Positions 20,217 through 28,164 of a DNA stretch of 64,000 nucleotides are shown in pieces. Numbering within the stretch: position 1 is the first letter of the stretch; the number at the start of each line of letters is the position of its first letter. Made by a program: the position numbers and the translations under genes. The stretch comes from Bernardetia sp. OM2101. GTDB lineage: Bacteria > Bacteroidota > Bacteroidia > Cytophagales > Bernardetiaceae. The notes below the pieces were generated by a model, which was not told the origin of the DNA, made no database searches, and was given only the letters and a program-made list of their open reading frames with translations. The DNA lies in assembly GCF_042180575.1 (NCBI RefSeq), contig NZ_CP170094.1, positions 1,784,604-1,848,603 on the forward strand, read 5' to 3'.

Positions 20217-22898
20217 ATGAAACCTAAAGAAATTATAGAATTAGAAAATCTATTATCTAAGAGATTAAATAAATCAATAGAGTTAGTACAAAAGACTTTA
20301 GATGAAATGAAAAACCATGCAGGTAGTTTTGCATACTCTCTAAACTCTTCAAATGAAGTGAATGGTCTCGGTTTTCTTTTTGATAAAGTGAAAGATATAA
20401 GTTTTGTTAAAGCATTTCCAAAGTTAGAAGTTTTAGATTTAAGCGATTGTGAACTACAAAACCTTCAAGATGAATTATTTGAATTGAAAGAACTTACTCA
20501 TTTGAGTATAAGTGCTAATCCTATTTCTCATATTCCTAAGGATATTTTAAAATTAGAAAAACTAGAATATTTCAATTGTGGATTTATAAATGGTAATTTT
20601 TCTCCTGCTATAGAATTTCCTAATTTTTTACAAAATCTAAAAAACTTGAAACACCTCTTAATTCATGGTAATGGATTAACAGAAATTCCTCAATGGATAT
20701 ATAAACTAAAAAATCTAGAGAGTCTAAATATTTATAATAATCATATTACAACTATCAGTGAAAAAATACTAAACCTTGATAAACTCAATGACATAAACAC
20801 TTTATATTTAGAAATAACTTCTCCTCCTCCTAATATTGTAAAACTAGGAGCAAAGGCTATAAAGGCTTATTTTAGAGGGTTAGAGTTAGGTTATATTGAA
20901 AATAATCATATCAAAATTATACTTGTTGGAAATGCTCATGTAGGCAAAACGATGTTATTCAATTATCTTACTAAAGCAAAAACCCCTATTGATTTTGCAG
21001 GTTCTACACATGGAATAAGAGTTGGAAATTTTAATATTGAAATAGAAAAAAGTGAAGCAGTAAACGTAAATCTATGGGACTTTGGAGGTCAAGAATATTA
21101 TCATGCTACACATCGTTTATTTTTTTCTGATAATGTTTTGTATTTACTTCTTTGGGAACAGGAAACTGATAAATATGGAAGCTATACATTCACTAGCGAA
21201 CAAGATACTATTATATCTCAACAAGGATTACAATATTTCAATCCTCCTATCTCTACAGAAATTACTACAGAAGGATTTCCTGTAGTTGATTGGGTAAGTA
21301 ATATAAGATTTTTTTCAAAGGATAGCCCAATATTATTAGTTCAAAACAAAACTGATATTCAAGAGCCTAAATATAGATTTTCAGAGTTAGAAGAAGATAT
21401 TCCTCATACTAGAGTTAGTCTAAAAAAATTAGAAGGTATTAACGAATTAGAAAAACTTATAAAAAGCTCAATACAAAATCTAAAACACTACAAATATAAA
21501 ATCCCAGTTTCTTGGCAGAAAGTAATTGAATTTATCAGTAGCTTAGGAAATAATTATTTTGGAATACGGTATGATTCATTAGAAAGGGAAGTTCAATCAT
21601 GGAATCAAGAAATGATAGATGATTTACCACAAATACTAAATTTTTATCACGAAAGAGGAGATATTCTTTGGATAAAAAATAACGAATTACTTAAAAAGTA
21701 TATATTTCCTCAACCTTGGAGAATAACAAATACGATTTATAGCATATTAAATAGAAAAGTAGCTGATAAAGATAAGGGCGAGTTTACTAGAGAATCTATA
21801 TATAGTTTGTATGGAAATCAAAAAGAACACGTAGACTTTTGTTTGGAACTCATGAAAGAATTTGAAATTATTTTCAGTATAAAAAATGAAGATAAAATAT
21901 TTATCGCTCCTCAATATCTAAATAAAAAAATACAAGACAAAAAACGTTTAGAAGACAATATTTACTATACAGAACCACAAAAAGTTTTTACTCTGCATTA
22001 TCCTACTTTTATGCCTAAAAGTATTTTTACTCGCTTTATCTGTAATTATGGAATGTATGCTGATAAAATGATGTATGGAAAAGAAGAGATTTATTTTGCT
22101 AAAAATAAAGTTGGAAGCTACGTAACTTGTGATTATGAAAAAAAAGTTATTACTGTAAATGTCCAAAATCAAAATGATACTCTAACTAAAGAAATTTTTG
22201 ATGAGTTATATCGTATAAGTGGTGGAAAAGATAACTTGCAACTTTATTCAGAAGCAAAAAATCGTTTTGTAAGTCTATCAGACATACGAGAATATGAAGA
22301 CACTTATAAAAATGACTTTTGGTTTATGTTTAAAAGTTCACAAGAAAATAAAATTATGAAAAAAGAAAAAAATAAAATAAATATTTTTGTTTCTTATTCA
22401 AGTAGAGATAGAGAATTAAGGGAACTTTTAGTAGAAGGAGTTCAAAAACATTTAACTCATCGCCAAAACTTTGAATATGAACAATGGACAGATGCAGAAA
22501 TTGATTTTGGTTCAGATTGGAAAGAAACGATTGAAAAAGCATTAAAAGAAAGCAACGTCGCTATTTTATTGGTTAGTGCTAATTTTGCAGCTTCTTCATT
22601 TATAAATGAAAATGAATTGACAGCATTTTTTGAAAGACAAAAAGCAGGAGGGTATTTAATTTTACCTGTGTTAGTTATGAAATATGATTTTTTACAATTC
22701 GAAAAGTTGTCAAAAATAAATTTCTTTAAGACCTATTATAGCGAATATGGATTTACAAAACCTATAGAAAGAAACAAATTACTTCCTTTTGATAAACTAG
22801 CAGAAAATGAAAATACAACTAATGGACAACTAAATTTATACTATGAAAAATTAGCTGATTTTATTCATACAGCCGTTTCTAATAAATTCAAATCCTAA
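20217..22898 (+). CDS. LRR - Roc (Ras-like GTPase) - COR - TIR multidomain protein (ROCO-TIR), candidate NAD-targeting defence effector
   Basis: 893 aa. LRR consensus around aa 60-215 (LEVLDLSDCELQNL…LTHLSISANPISHIP…). GTPase motifs: G1 GNAHVGKT, G3 DFGGQ, G4 NKTD (about aa 228-400). COR-length linker. C-terminal TIR domain (INIFVSYSSRDRE…AILLVSANFAASSFINENEL). Confidence 0.8.
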   Translation: MKPKEIIELENLLSKRLNKSIELVQKTLDEMKNHAGSFAYSLNSSNEVNGLGFLFDKVKDISFVKAFPKLEVLDLSDCELQNLQDELFELKELTHLSISANPISHIPKDILKLEKLEYFNCGFINGNFSPAIEFPNFLQNLKNLKHLLIHGNGLTEIPQWIYKLKNLESLNIYNNHITTISEKILNLDKLNDINTLYLEITSPPPNIVKLGAKAIKAYFRGLELGYIENNHIKIILVGNAHVGKTMLFNYLTKAKTPIDFAGSTHGIRVGNFNIEIEKSEAVNVNLWDFGGQEYYHATHRLFFSDNVLYLLLWEQETDKYGSYTFTSEQDTIISQQGLQYFNPPISTEITTEGFPVVDWVSNIRFFSKDSPILLVQNKTDIQEPKYRFSELEEDIPHTRVSLKKLEGINELEKLIKSSIQNLKHYKYKIPVSWQKVIEFISSLGNNYFGIRYDSLEREVQSWNQEMIDDLPQILNFYHERGDILWIKNNELLKKYIFPQPWRITNTIYSILNRKVADKDKGEFTRESIYSLYGNQKEHVDFCLELMKEFEIIFSIKNEDKIFIAPQYLNKKIQDKKRLEDNIYYTEPQKVFTLHYPTFMPKSIFTRFICNYGMYADKMMYGKEEIYFAKNKVGSYVTCDYEKKVITVNVQNQNDTLTKEIFDELYRISGGKDNLQLYSEAKNRFVSLSDIREYEDTYKNDFWFMFKSSQENKIMKKEKNKINIFVSYSSRDRELRELLVEGVQKHLTHRQNFEYEQWTDAEIDFGSDWKETIEKALKESNVAILLVSANFAASSFINENELTAFFERQKAGGYLILPVLVMKYDFLQFEKLSKINFFKTYYSEYGFTKPIERNKLLPFDKLAENENTTNGQLNLYYEKLADFIHTAVSNKFKS

Positions 22899-22901
22899 CT
22901 A

Positions 22902-22938
22902 AAAACATGCACCCACTAATCCAAAAAGCCATAAATCA
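22902..22938. repeat. 37-bp direct repeat, copy 1 (aaaacatgcacccactaatccaaaaagccAtaaatca)
   Basis: Starts 4 bp after the ROCO-TIR stop codon. Contains a 13-codon remnant ORF MHPLIQKAINHYE. Confidence 0.85.
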
Positions 22939-22940
22939 TT

Positions 22941-23909
22941 ATGAATAAAGATTTTGAAGAAGTCATACATTTAATTTCAGATGCTAAAAACCAAACCAAT
23001 TCTATTATAAATCGTGCTTTGGTAGAATTGTATTGGAAAGTTGGAAAATATGTTTCCCTAAAAACAGAAAATGTAGAAAATGCTAATGCTACAATAAAAG
23101 AGTTAGCTCAATATATAATGTATAGAGAACCTCATTTGAAAGGATTTAATGGACGTGGTTTGTGGCGAATGAAACAGTTTTATGAAGAATATTCTCAAAA
23201 TTCGACGTTGTCACCACTGGTGACAACGATAAGCTGGACAAATAATTTACTCATTTTATCCAAAACAAAAACGGTAGAAGAAAAGGAGTTTTACATCAAA
23301 AAATGTATAAAAGAAAGGTACAGCAAACGAGAATTAGAAAGACAAATTGATAGTGCTTATTATGAAAGAACAATGCTTAGTAATACGCAAAGTAGCATAA
23401 CAGCAGAAGAACTTTATCCACGCATAAAGGAAGTTTTTTTGGATAATTATGTAGTAGAATTTTTGAATTTGAAAGATGATTTTTCTGAATTTGACTTACA
23501 AAAATCTATTCTCAAACATCTCAAAAAATTTGTTTTAGAGTTTGGAAAAGATTTTTTATTGATAGATGAAGAGTACAAAGTACAGGTAGGAAATCAAGAT
23601 TTTTATATTGACTTATTATTTTTTCATAGAGAATTACGTTGCTTGGTGGCTCTTGAACTCAAAATTACAGACTTCAAACCTGAATATTTAGGTAAAATGA
23701 ATTTCTATTTAGAAGCCTTAGACAGAAATGTAAAAAAGGAACACGAAAATCCAAGTGTAGGAATTATCCTTTGTAAAACTAAAGATAGTGAAGTAGTAGA
23801 ATATGCACTTAGTAGAAACTTGTCTCCTACTTTAGTTTCTGAATACGAAACCAAATTATTAGATAAAAAAATACTTCAACAGAAATTACATGAACTATTT
23901 GAAAATTAA
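22941..23909 (+). CDS. DUF1016/YhcG-family PD-(D/E)XK nuclease domain protein
   Basis: 322 aa. N-terminus …NRALVELYWKVGKYVS… and C-terminal restriction-endonuclease-like core …VALELKITDFKPEYLGKMNFYLEALD… are characteristic of the YhcG family. Confidence 0.8.
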   Translation: MNKDFEEVIHLISDAKNQTNSIINRALVELYWKVGKYVSLKTENVENANATIKELAQYIMYREPHLKGFNGRGLWRMKQFYEEYSQNSTLSPLVTTISWTNNLLILSKTKTVEEKEFYIKKCIKERYSKRELERQIDSAYYERTMLSNTQSSITAEELYPRIKEVFLDNYVVEFLNLKDDFSEFDLQKSILKHLKKFVLEFGKDFLLIDEEYKVQVGNQDFYIDLLFFHRELRCLVALELKITDFKPEYLGKMNFYLEALDRNVKKEHENPSVGIILCKTKDSEVVEYALSRNLSPTLVSEYETKLLDKKILQQKLHELFEN

Positions 23910-23914
23910 CCTTT

Positions 23915-23951
23915 AAAACATGCACCCACTAATCCAAAAAGCCCTAAATCA
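23915..23951. repeat. 37-bp direct repeat, copy 2 (36/37 identical to copy 1)
   Basis: Begins 6 bp after the DUF1016 stop. Provides the start codon and first 8 codons of the 70-aa ORF at 23920-24132. Confidence 0.85.
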
Positions 23952-24132
23952 ATTAAATTCCAACAATTACAGAGGATATTTTGAAGAAATGGATATGATT
24001 ATTCCTTCTACTATGAGTACAAATTATCAAGAACTCAAAGGCTTTTTTGTAGCAGGAATAAAAAATGAAGAGTTTAAAGAAGCCTTGAATGTTTTTGCTT
24101 TGGAAGTGGATGGAAAGCTATATAAAAGCTAA
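23920..24132 (+). CDS. small hypothetical protein (70 aa)
   Basis: ORF MHPLIQKALNQLNSNNYRGYF…; its N-terminus is duplicated upstream of the DUF1016 gene. Followed by a terminator. Confidence 0.3.
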   Translation: MHPLIQKALNQLNSNNYRGYFEEMDMIIPSTMSTNYQELKGFFVAGIKNEEFKEALNVFALEVDGKLYKS

Positions 24133-24140
24133 TAAAAAAA

Positions 24141-24181
24141 CTGTCAAGACACTTTTAAAGTGTCAGACAGTTAGTTTTTTT
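24141..24181 (+). terminator. rho-independent terminator (hairpin plus T7)
   Basis: ctgtcaagacacttttaaagtgtcagacag followed by ttagttttttt. A second related hairpin at 24207-24234 probably serves the minus-strand DUF779 gene. Confidence 0.5.
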
Positions 24182-24243
24182 GAAACAAGAAGTTTTGCTT
24201 TTTAAATTGTCTGACACTCTGAAGTGTCTGACAATGAAAAATA

Positions 24244-24657
24244 TTACACTGCTGTTTCCTCCAAATATTCCTCTCCATTTTTGACAGGAATCAAATTTTG
24301 AGTTTCTTCTTCTGTAAAAAGTCTGGATTTTACAATAAAACGATAGCCCAAAGGAATCTCTAACGAAAAACTAGAACCTCGTCCTTCTGTAACATCAATC
24401 GTAAGATGCGTATGTTTCCAATAATCAAATTGAGATTGGTTCATAAAAAAATCGCAGCCGTGAATCGTTCCGACCCAAACATCATTTGAACCGACTTTAA
24501 ACTCTCCTTTTGCAAAGCACATAGGCTGTGAGCCATCACAACAACCTCCACTTTGATGGAACATTAGCTCTCCATTTTCTTCTCTTAACTCATCAATAAT
24601 TTTTTTAGCCGAATCAGTTGCAATAACTCTTTGTGTATTTTCTGATGTATTTTTCAT
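24244..24657 (-). CDS. DUF779 family protein (aldehyde dehydrogenase-associated)
   Basis: 137 aa. …FHQSGGCCDGSQPMCF…GTIHGCDFFM… pattern. Genetic linkage to an ALDH gene is the usual context for this family. Confidence 0.65.
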   Translation of the reverse strand: MKNTSENTQRVIATDSAKKIIDELREENGELMFHQSGGCCDGSQPMCFAKGEFKVGSNDVWVGTIHGCDFFMNQSQFDYWKHTHLTIDVTEGRGSSFSLEIPLGYRFIVKSRLFTEEETQNLIPVKNGEEYLEETAV

Positions 24658-24694
24658 AATTGTTTTATTTTTTAATTTTATGTGATAAAGCCCT

Positions 24695-24836
24695 AGCCGT
24701 TGTCGGTGTCTCCACCGACGACAAAAACACCTCCTATAGCTGAAAACTAAAGTTTTCGGTACATTGTTCTCACGCTAAAGCGTAAGCTACATTTTATAGC
24801 AAAACCCTAAGGCTCTTTGAAGATTCTTAGGGTTTA
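24695..24836. repeat. composite intergenic repeat element: hairpin A (24697-24724), box B TTCTCACGCTAAAGCGTAAGCTA (24765-24790), hairpin C (24801-24836)
   Basis: Partial copies of each module occur elsewhere in the window. A is also at 43173-43210, B at 39-63 and 27725-27750, C at 198-230. Confidence 0.7.
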
Positions 24837-24871
24837 ATAAATAGTTGGTTGAAATTTTTATTTTTAAATTC

Positions 24872-26392
24872 TTAAAAGAAACCTAATGCTTTCTTGTCAT
24901 AAGAAATAAGCATATTTTTGTTTTGGCGATAATGACTCAGCATCATTTTGTGATTTTCTCTACCAAAACCAGACTTTTTGTAACCTCCAAATGGTGCATG
25001 AGCAGGATAATTATGGTAACAGTTTACCCAAACACGACCTGCTTGTATAGCACGAGGAACGTTATACAGTTCGTGGGCATCTCTCGTCCAAACACCTGCA
25101 CCAAGTCCATAAAGCGTATCATTTGCAATTTCAATCGCTTCTTCGGTATTTTTGAAAGTAGTTACACAAAGAACAGGTCCAAAAATTTCTTCTTGGAAAA
25201 CTCTCATTTTATTGTGTCCCTTTAATATAGTTGGTTGAATATAATATCCGTCTTTTAGTCCGTCGACATATTTGGCTGCGCCACCTGTCAATACTTCTGC
25301 ACCCTCTTCTTTTCCAATTTCTAAGTAGGATAATATTTTTTCGTATTGGTCTTTTGAAGCTTGTGCACCCATCATTGTCGAATCATCTAATGGATGTCCC
25401 ATTTTGATTTTTTCGGTTCTTTCAATGACTCTTTCTATAAATTTATCATAAATATCTTCGTGTACAAGCAATCTTGAAGGACACGTACAAATTTCACCTT
25501 GATTTAAGGCAAACATAACAGCACCTTCCAAACATTTATCAAAAAATTCGTCGTCGGCATCCATTACACTAGGGAAAAATACATTTGGCGATTTTCCACC
25601 TAATTCCATCGTTACAGGAATGATATTTTCAGATGCATATTGCATAATCAAACGTCCTGTTGTTGTTTCTCCTGTGAAAGAAACTTTTGCTACTCGTGGC
25701 GAACTTGCCAACGGTTTTCCTGCTTCTACCCCAAAACCAGAAACGATATTCACAACACCTTTAGGAAGTACATCTTTAATCAAATCCATAAAAATCAAGA
25801 TTCCGACAGGCGTTTGTTCAGCAGGTTTCATAACCACACAACAACCAGCAGCCAAAGCTGGTGCAAGTTTCCAAGTTGCCATTAAAAGAGGGAAATTCCA
25901 AGGAATAATTTGCCCCACCACACCTAATGGCTCATCAATATTCATTGAAACTGTGTTTTGGTCTAGTTCTGCAACACTTCCCTCTTCGGCACGAATCACA
26001 CCAGCGAAATAACGAAAATGGTCAATACAAAGTGGTAAATCAGCAGCTTTTGTTTCTCTGACAGCTTTGCCGTTATCCACCGTTTCAATAGTAGCTAGAT
26101 ACTCTAAATTCTGTTCCATAATATCAGCTATTTTGAGCATAATATTACTTCTTTCAGTAGCTGATGTTTTAGACCAAGTTTTGAATGCTTCGTGAGCTGC
26201 ATCAAGAGCCAAATCTACGTCCTCTTTGCTAGAACGAGCAATTTTTGTGATAACTTCTCCACTTACTGGCGAGATATTATCAAAATATTTTCCTTTAACA
26301 GGAGAAGTCCATTCTCCATTTATAAAATTATCATAGCGTTCCTTAAACTTTGGAAAAGCTAATTTATTAGTTACTTCTGTTGTAGTTTCCAT
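24872..26392 (-). CDS. NAD(P)-dependent aldehyde dehydrogenase
   Basis: 506 aa. ALDH signatures …[14 protein letters not shown]… and catalytic-Cys region …[16 protein letters not shown]…. Confidence 0.9.
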   Translation of the reverse strand: METTTEVTNKLAFPKFKERYDNFINGEWTSPVKGKYFDNISPVSGEVITKIARSSKEDVDLALDAAHEAFKTWSKTSATERSNIMLKIADIMEQNLEYLATIETVDNGKAVRETKAADLPLCIDHFRYFAGVIRAEEGSVAELDQNTVSMNIDEPLGVVGQIIPWNFPLLMATWKLAPALAAGCCVVMKPAEQTPVGILIFMDLIKDVLPKGVVNIVSGFGVEAGKPLASSPRVAKVSFTGETTTGRLIMQYASENIIPVTMELGGKSPNVFFPSVMDADDEFFDKCLEGAVMFALNQGEICTCPSRLLVHEDIYDKFIERVIERTEKIKMGHPLDDSTMMGAQASKDQYEKILSYLEIGKEEGAEVLTGGAAKYVDGLKDGYYIQPTILKGHNKMRVFQEEIFGPVLCVTTFKNTEEAIEIANDTLYGLGAGVWTRDAHELYNVPRAIQAGRVWVNCYHNYPAHAPFGGYKKSGFGRENHKMMLSHYRQNKNMLISYDKKALGFF

Positions 26393-26533
26393 AATTAAAA
26401 AATGATTATTTGTGTGTAAAAAATTAATTTATAAGCATACAATACTGAGAAAAATTAGAGTGAAAAGTTATTTCTCTCTTAAAAAGTCTTATTTTCTTTT
26501 ACAAATTTAAAACATAAATAATCCCTTCCTTTT

Positions 26534-26568
26534 TAGTATTCTATCAAAACTTTATAGTATTCTATCAA
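26534..26568. promoter_or_regulatory. two 14-bp direct repeats TAGTATTCTATCAA spaced 21 bp apart in the aldh/araC divergent intergenic region, candidate AraC-family operator
   Basis: Exact repeats at 26534-26547 and 26555-26568. A 21-bp period equals two helical turns. Confidence 0.45.
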
Positions 26569-26674
26569 TCATTCCAACAAATAAAATTTGTCAAAAATTG
26601 ATTATCTTGTACTATATTTAAAATATCACTCCAATAAAAACACACAAACAATTATCTAATTTATCTTATCAATT

Positions 26675-27661
26675 ATGGAAACTTCCTTAAAATCATCTTT
26701 ATTTATTCCAAAAAAACAGAACCTTACTTCATATAATAATCTTCAAACGCTTGTCGAAAATCGTTCAAGTTTTAATCTTCCCAACTTTGAGCTAAATCTT
26801 TTCGAAACGCATCAAAAAAGCAAAAAAGTAAGTCTAATTTTTGATACTTTGACAGTAACAGCTATGATTCGTGGAAAAAAAGTAATGCAATCTTTTGAAA
26901 ACATTAATCATTATAAAGAAATAAAAAATACCAAAACAGAATTTGATTATTTACCTGGAGAAAGTGTGATTGTTCCAGCCAATGAAGAAATGATAATTGA
27001 TTTTCCAGAAGCAGACGAAAAAAATCCTACTCAGTGTTTGGCGATTGCAATTGATAATGAAAAAATAAAATCTACTTTAGAAACACTCAACAATCAGTTT
27101 CCAAAACTAGAAACACCACAAAATAAGAACGGAAATTGGACACTAGAAAACCCAGATTATCATTTAAAAAATAATGCAGAGTTAAAGAATGTCATTGATA
27201 GAATTACGCATATTTCACTAGGAAAAAGTGAAGCTAAAAATTTATTGGCTGACCTTGCGTTACAAGAGCTTTTAATCCGAATTATGCAAACACAAGCACG
27301 TAATTTGATTTTTGAAGAATACAAAAAATACAGTTCTCAAAATCGTTTTGCTTTTGTGATAGAATATGTAGAAACGCATTTGGAAGAACAAATAACAGTA
27401 GAAAAATTGAGTAAACTAGCTTGTATGAGCGAATCCAATTTTTATAAAGCCTTCAAAAGAGAATTTGGAATTACGCCTGTCGAATATATTTTGAAACAGA
27501 GAATCAGCCTTGCAAAAAAATTATTAACCAATATGAAATTGAGTGTAACTGATGTTTGTTATAAAGCTGGTTTTAATAGTTTGAGTTATTTTAGTGTTTT
27601 ATTTAAAAAGTATGCAGACCAATCGCCTAGTGAGTTTAGAAAATCTTTTTTTGGGAAGTAG
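26675..27661 (+). CDS. AraC-family transcriptional regulator
   Basis: 328 aa. C-terminal double HTH (…LSKLACMSESNFYKAFKREFGITPVEYILKQRI… …SPSEFRKS…). N-terminal ligand-binding-like domain. Confidence 0.8.
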   Translation: METSLKSSLFIPKKQNLTSYNNLQTLVENRSSFNLPNFELNLFETHQKSKKVSLIFDTLTVTAMIRGKKVMQSFENINHYKEIKNTKTEFDYLPGESVIVPANEEMIIDFPEADEKNPTQCLAIAIDNEKIKSTLETLNNQFPKLETPQNKNGNWTLENPDYHLKNNAELKNVIDRITHISLGKSEAKNLLADLALQELLIRIMQTQARNLIFEEYKKYSSQNRFAFVIEYVETHLEEQITVEKLSKLACMSESNFYKAFKREFGITPVEYILKQRISLAKKLLTNMKLSVTDVCYKAGFNSLSYFSVLFKKYADQSPSEFRKSFFGK

Positions 27662-27724
27662 TTTAAGAATAGAAAAGCTGTGTTTTTGGCACACAGAGCT
27701 AGATGAAAATTTTAAACAGACTAT

Positions 27725-27750
27725 TTTCTCACGCTAAAGTGTAAGCTACA
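27725..27750. repeat. box B copy (TTTTCTCACGCTAAAGTGTAAGCTACA)
   Basis: 24/26 identical to the copies at 39-63 and 24765-24790. Lies between convergent araC-like and atl-like genes. Confidence 0.7.
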
Positions 27751-27753
27751 GAA

Positions 27754-28104
27754 TTAAATTAACACTTCAGGATTCCAAAATACTTTTTCAAAATCTTGGA
27801 TTTGGTGGTCTTCTACTTTTATATTCTCGGCTTCTAAAAGCTCTTGCATTGTTGTAGGAGTTTCGAAGTGATGTCTTCCTGTCAGAAGTCCGTTTCTGTT
27901 TACTACTCTGTGTGCTGGGATTTTTATTTCATTTTGACTTTCTCTAGTCTGATTTATTACTTGACAGTTATTCATTACCCAGCCTACCATTCTTGCACCT
28001 CTTGTGTGTCCCAAAAATTTGGCAATCGTTCCATAAGAAGTTACTCGTCCTTTTGGGATTTGTAAAACTACATCTATTACGTCTTCTTGGAAAGTGGTTT
28101 TCAT
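27754..28104 (-). CDS. MGMT-fold alkyltransferase-like (ATL) protein lacking the acceptor cysteine
   Basis: 116 aa. Methylated-DNA-protein-cysteine methyltransferase DNA-binding domain with IPAHRVVNRNG where MGMTs have PCHRV. Confidence 0.65.
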   Translation of the reverse strand: MKTTFQEDVIDVVLQIPKGRVTSYGTIAKFLGHTRGARMVGWVMNNCQVINQTRESQNEIKIPAHRVVNRNGLLTGRHHFETPTTMQELLEAENIKVEDHQIQDFEKVFWNPEVLI

Positions 28105-28119
28105 AGTATTATTATTTCC

Positions 28120-28153
28120 AAACCTATGCGATTTTTAAAAACTGTATAGGTTT
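28120..28153. terminator. terminator hairpin
   Basis: aaacctatgcgatttttaaaaactgtataggttt between convergent genes. Confidence 0.45.
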
Positions 28154-28164
28154 ATTTTATTTTT

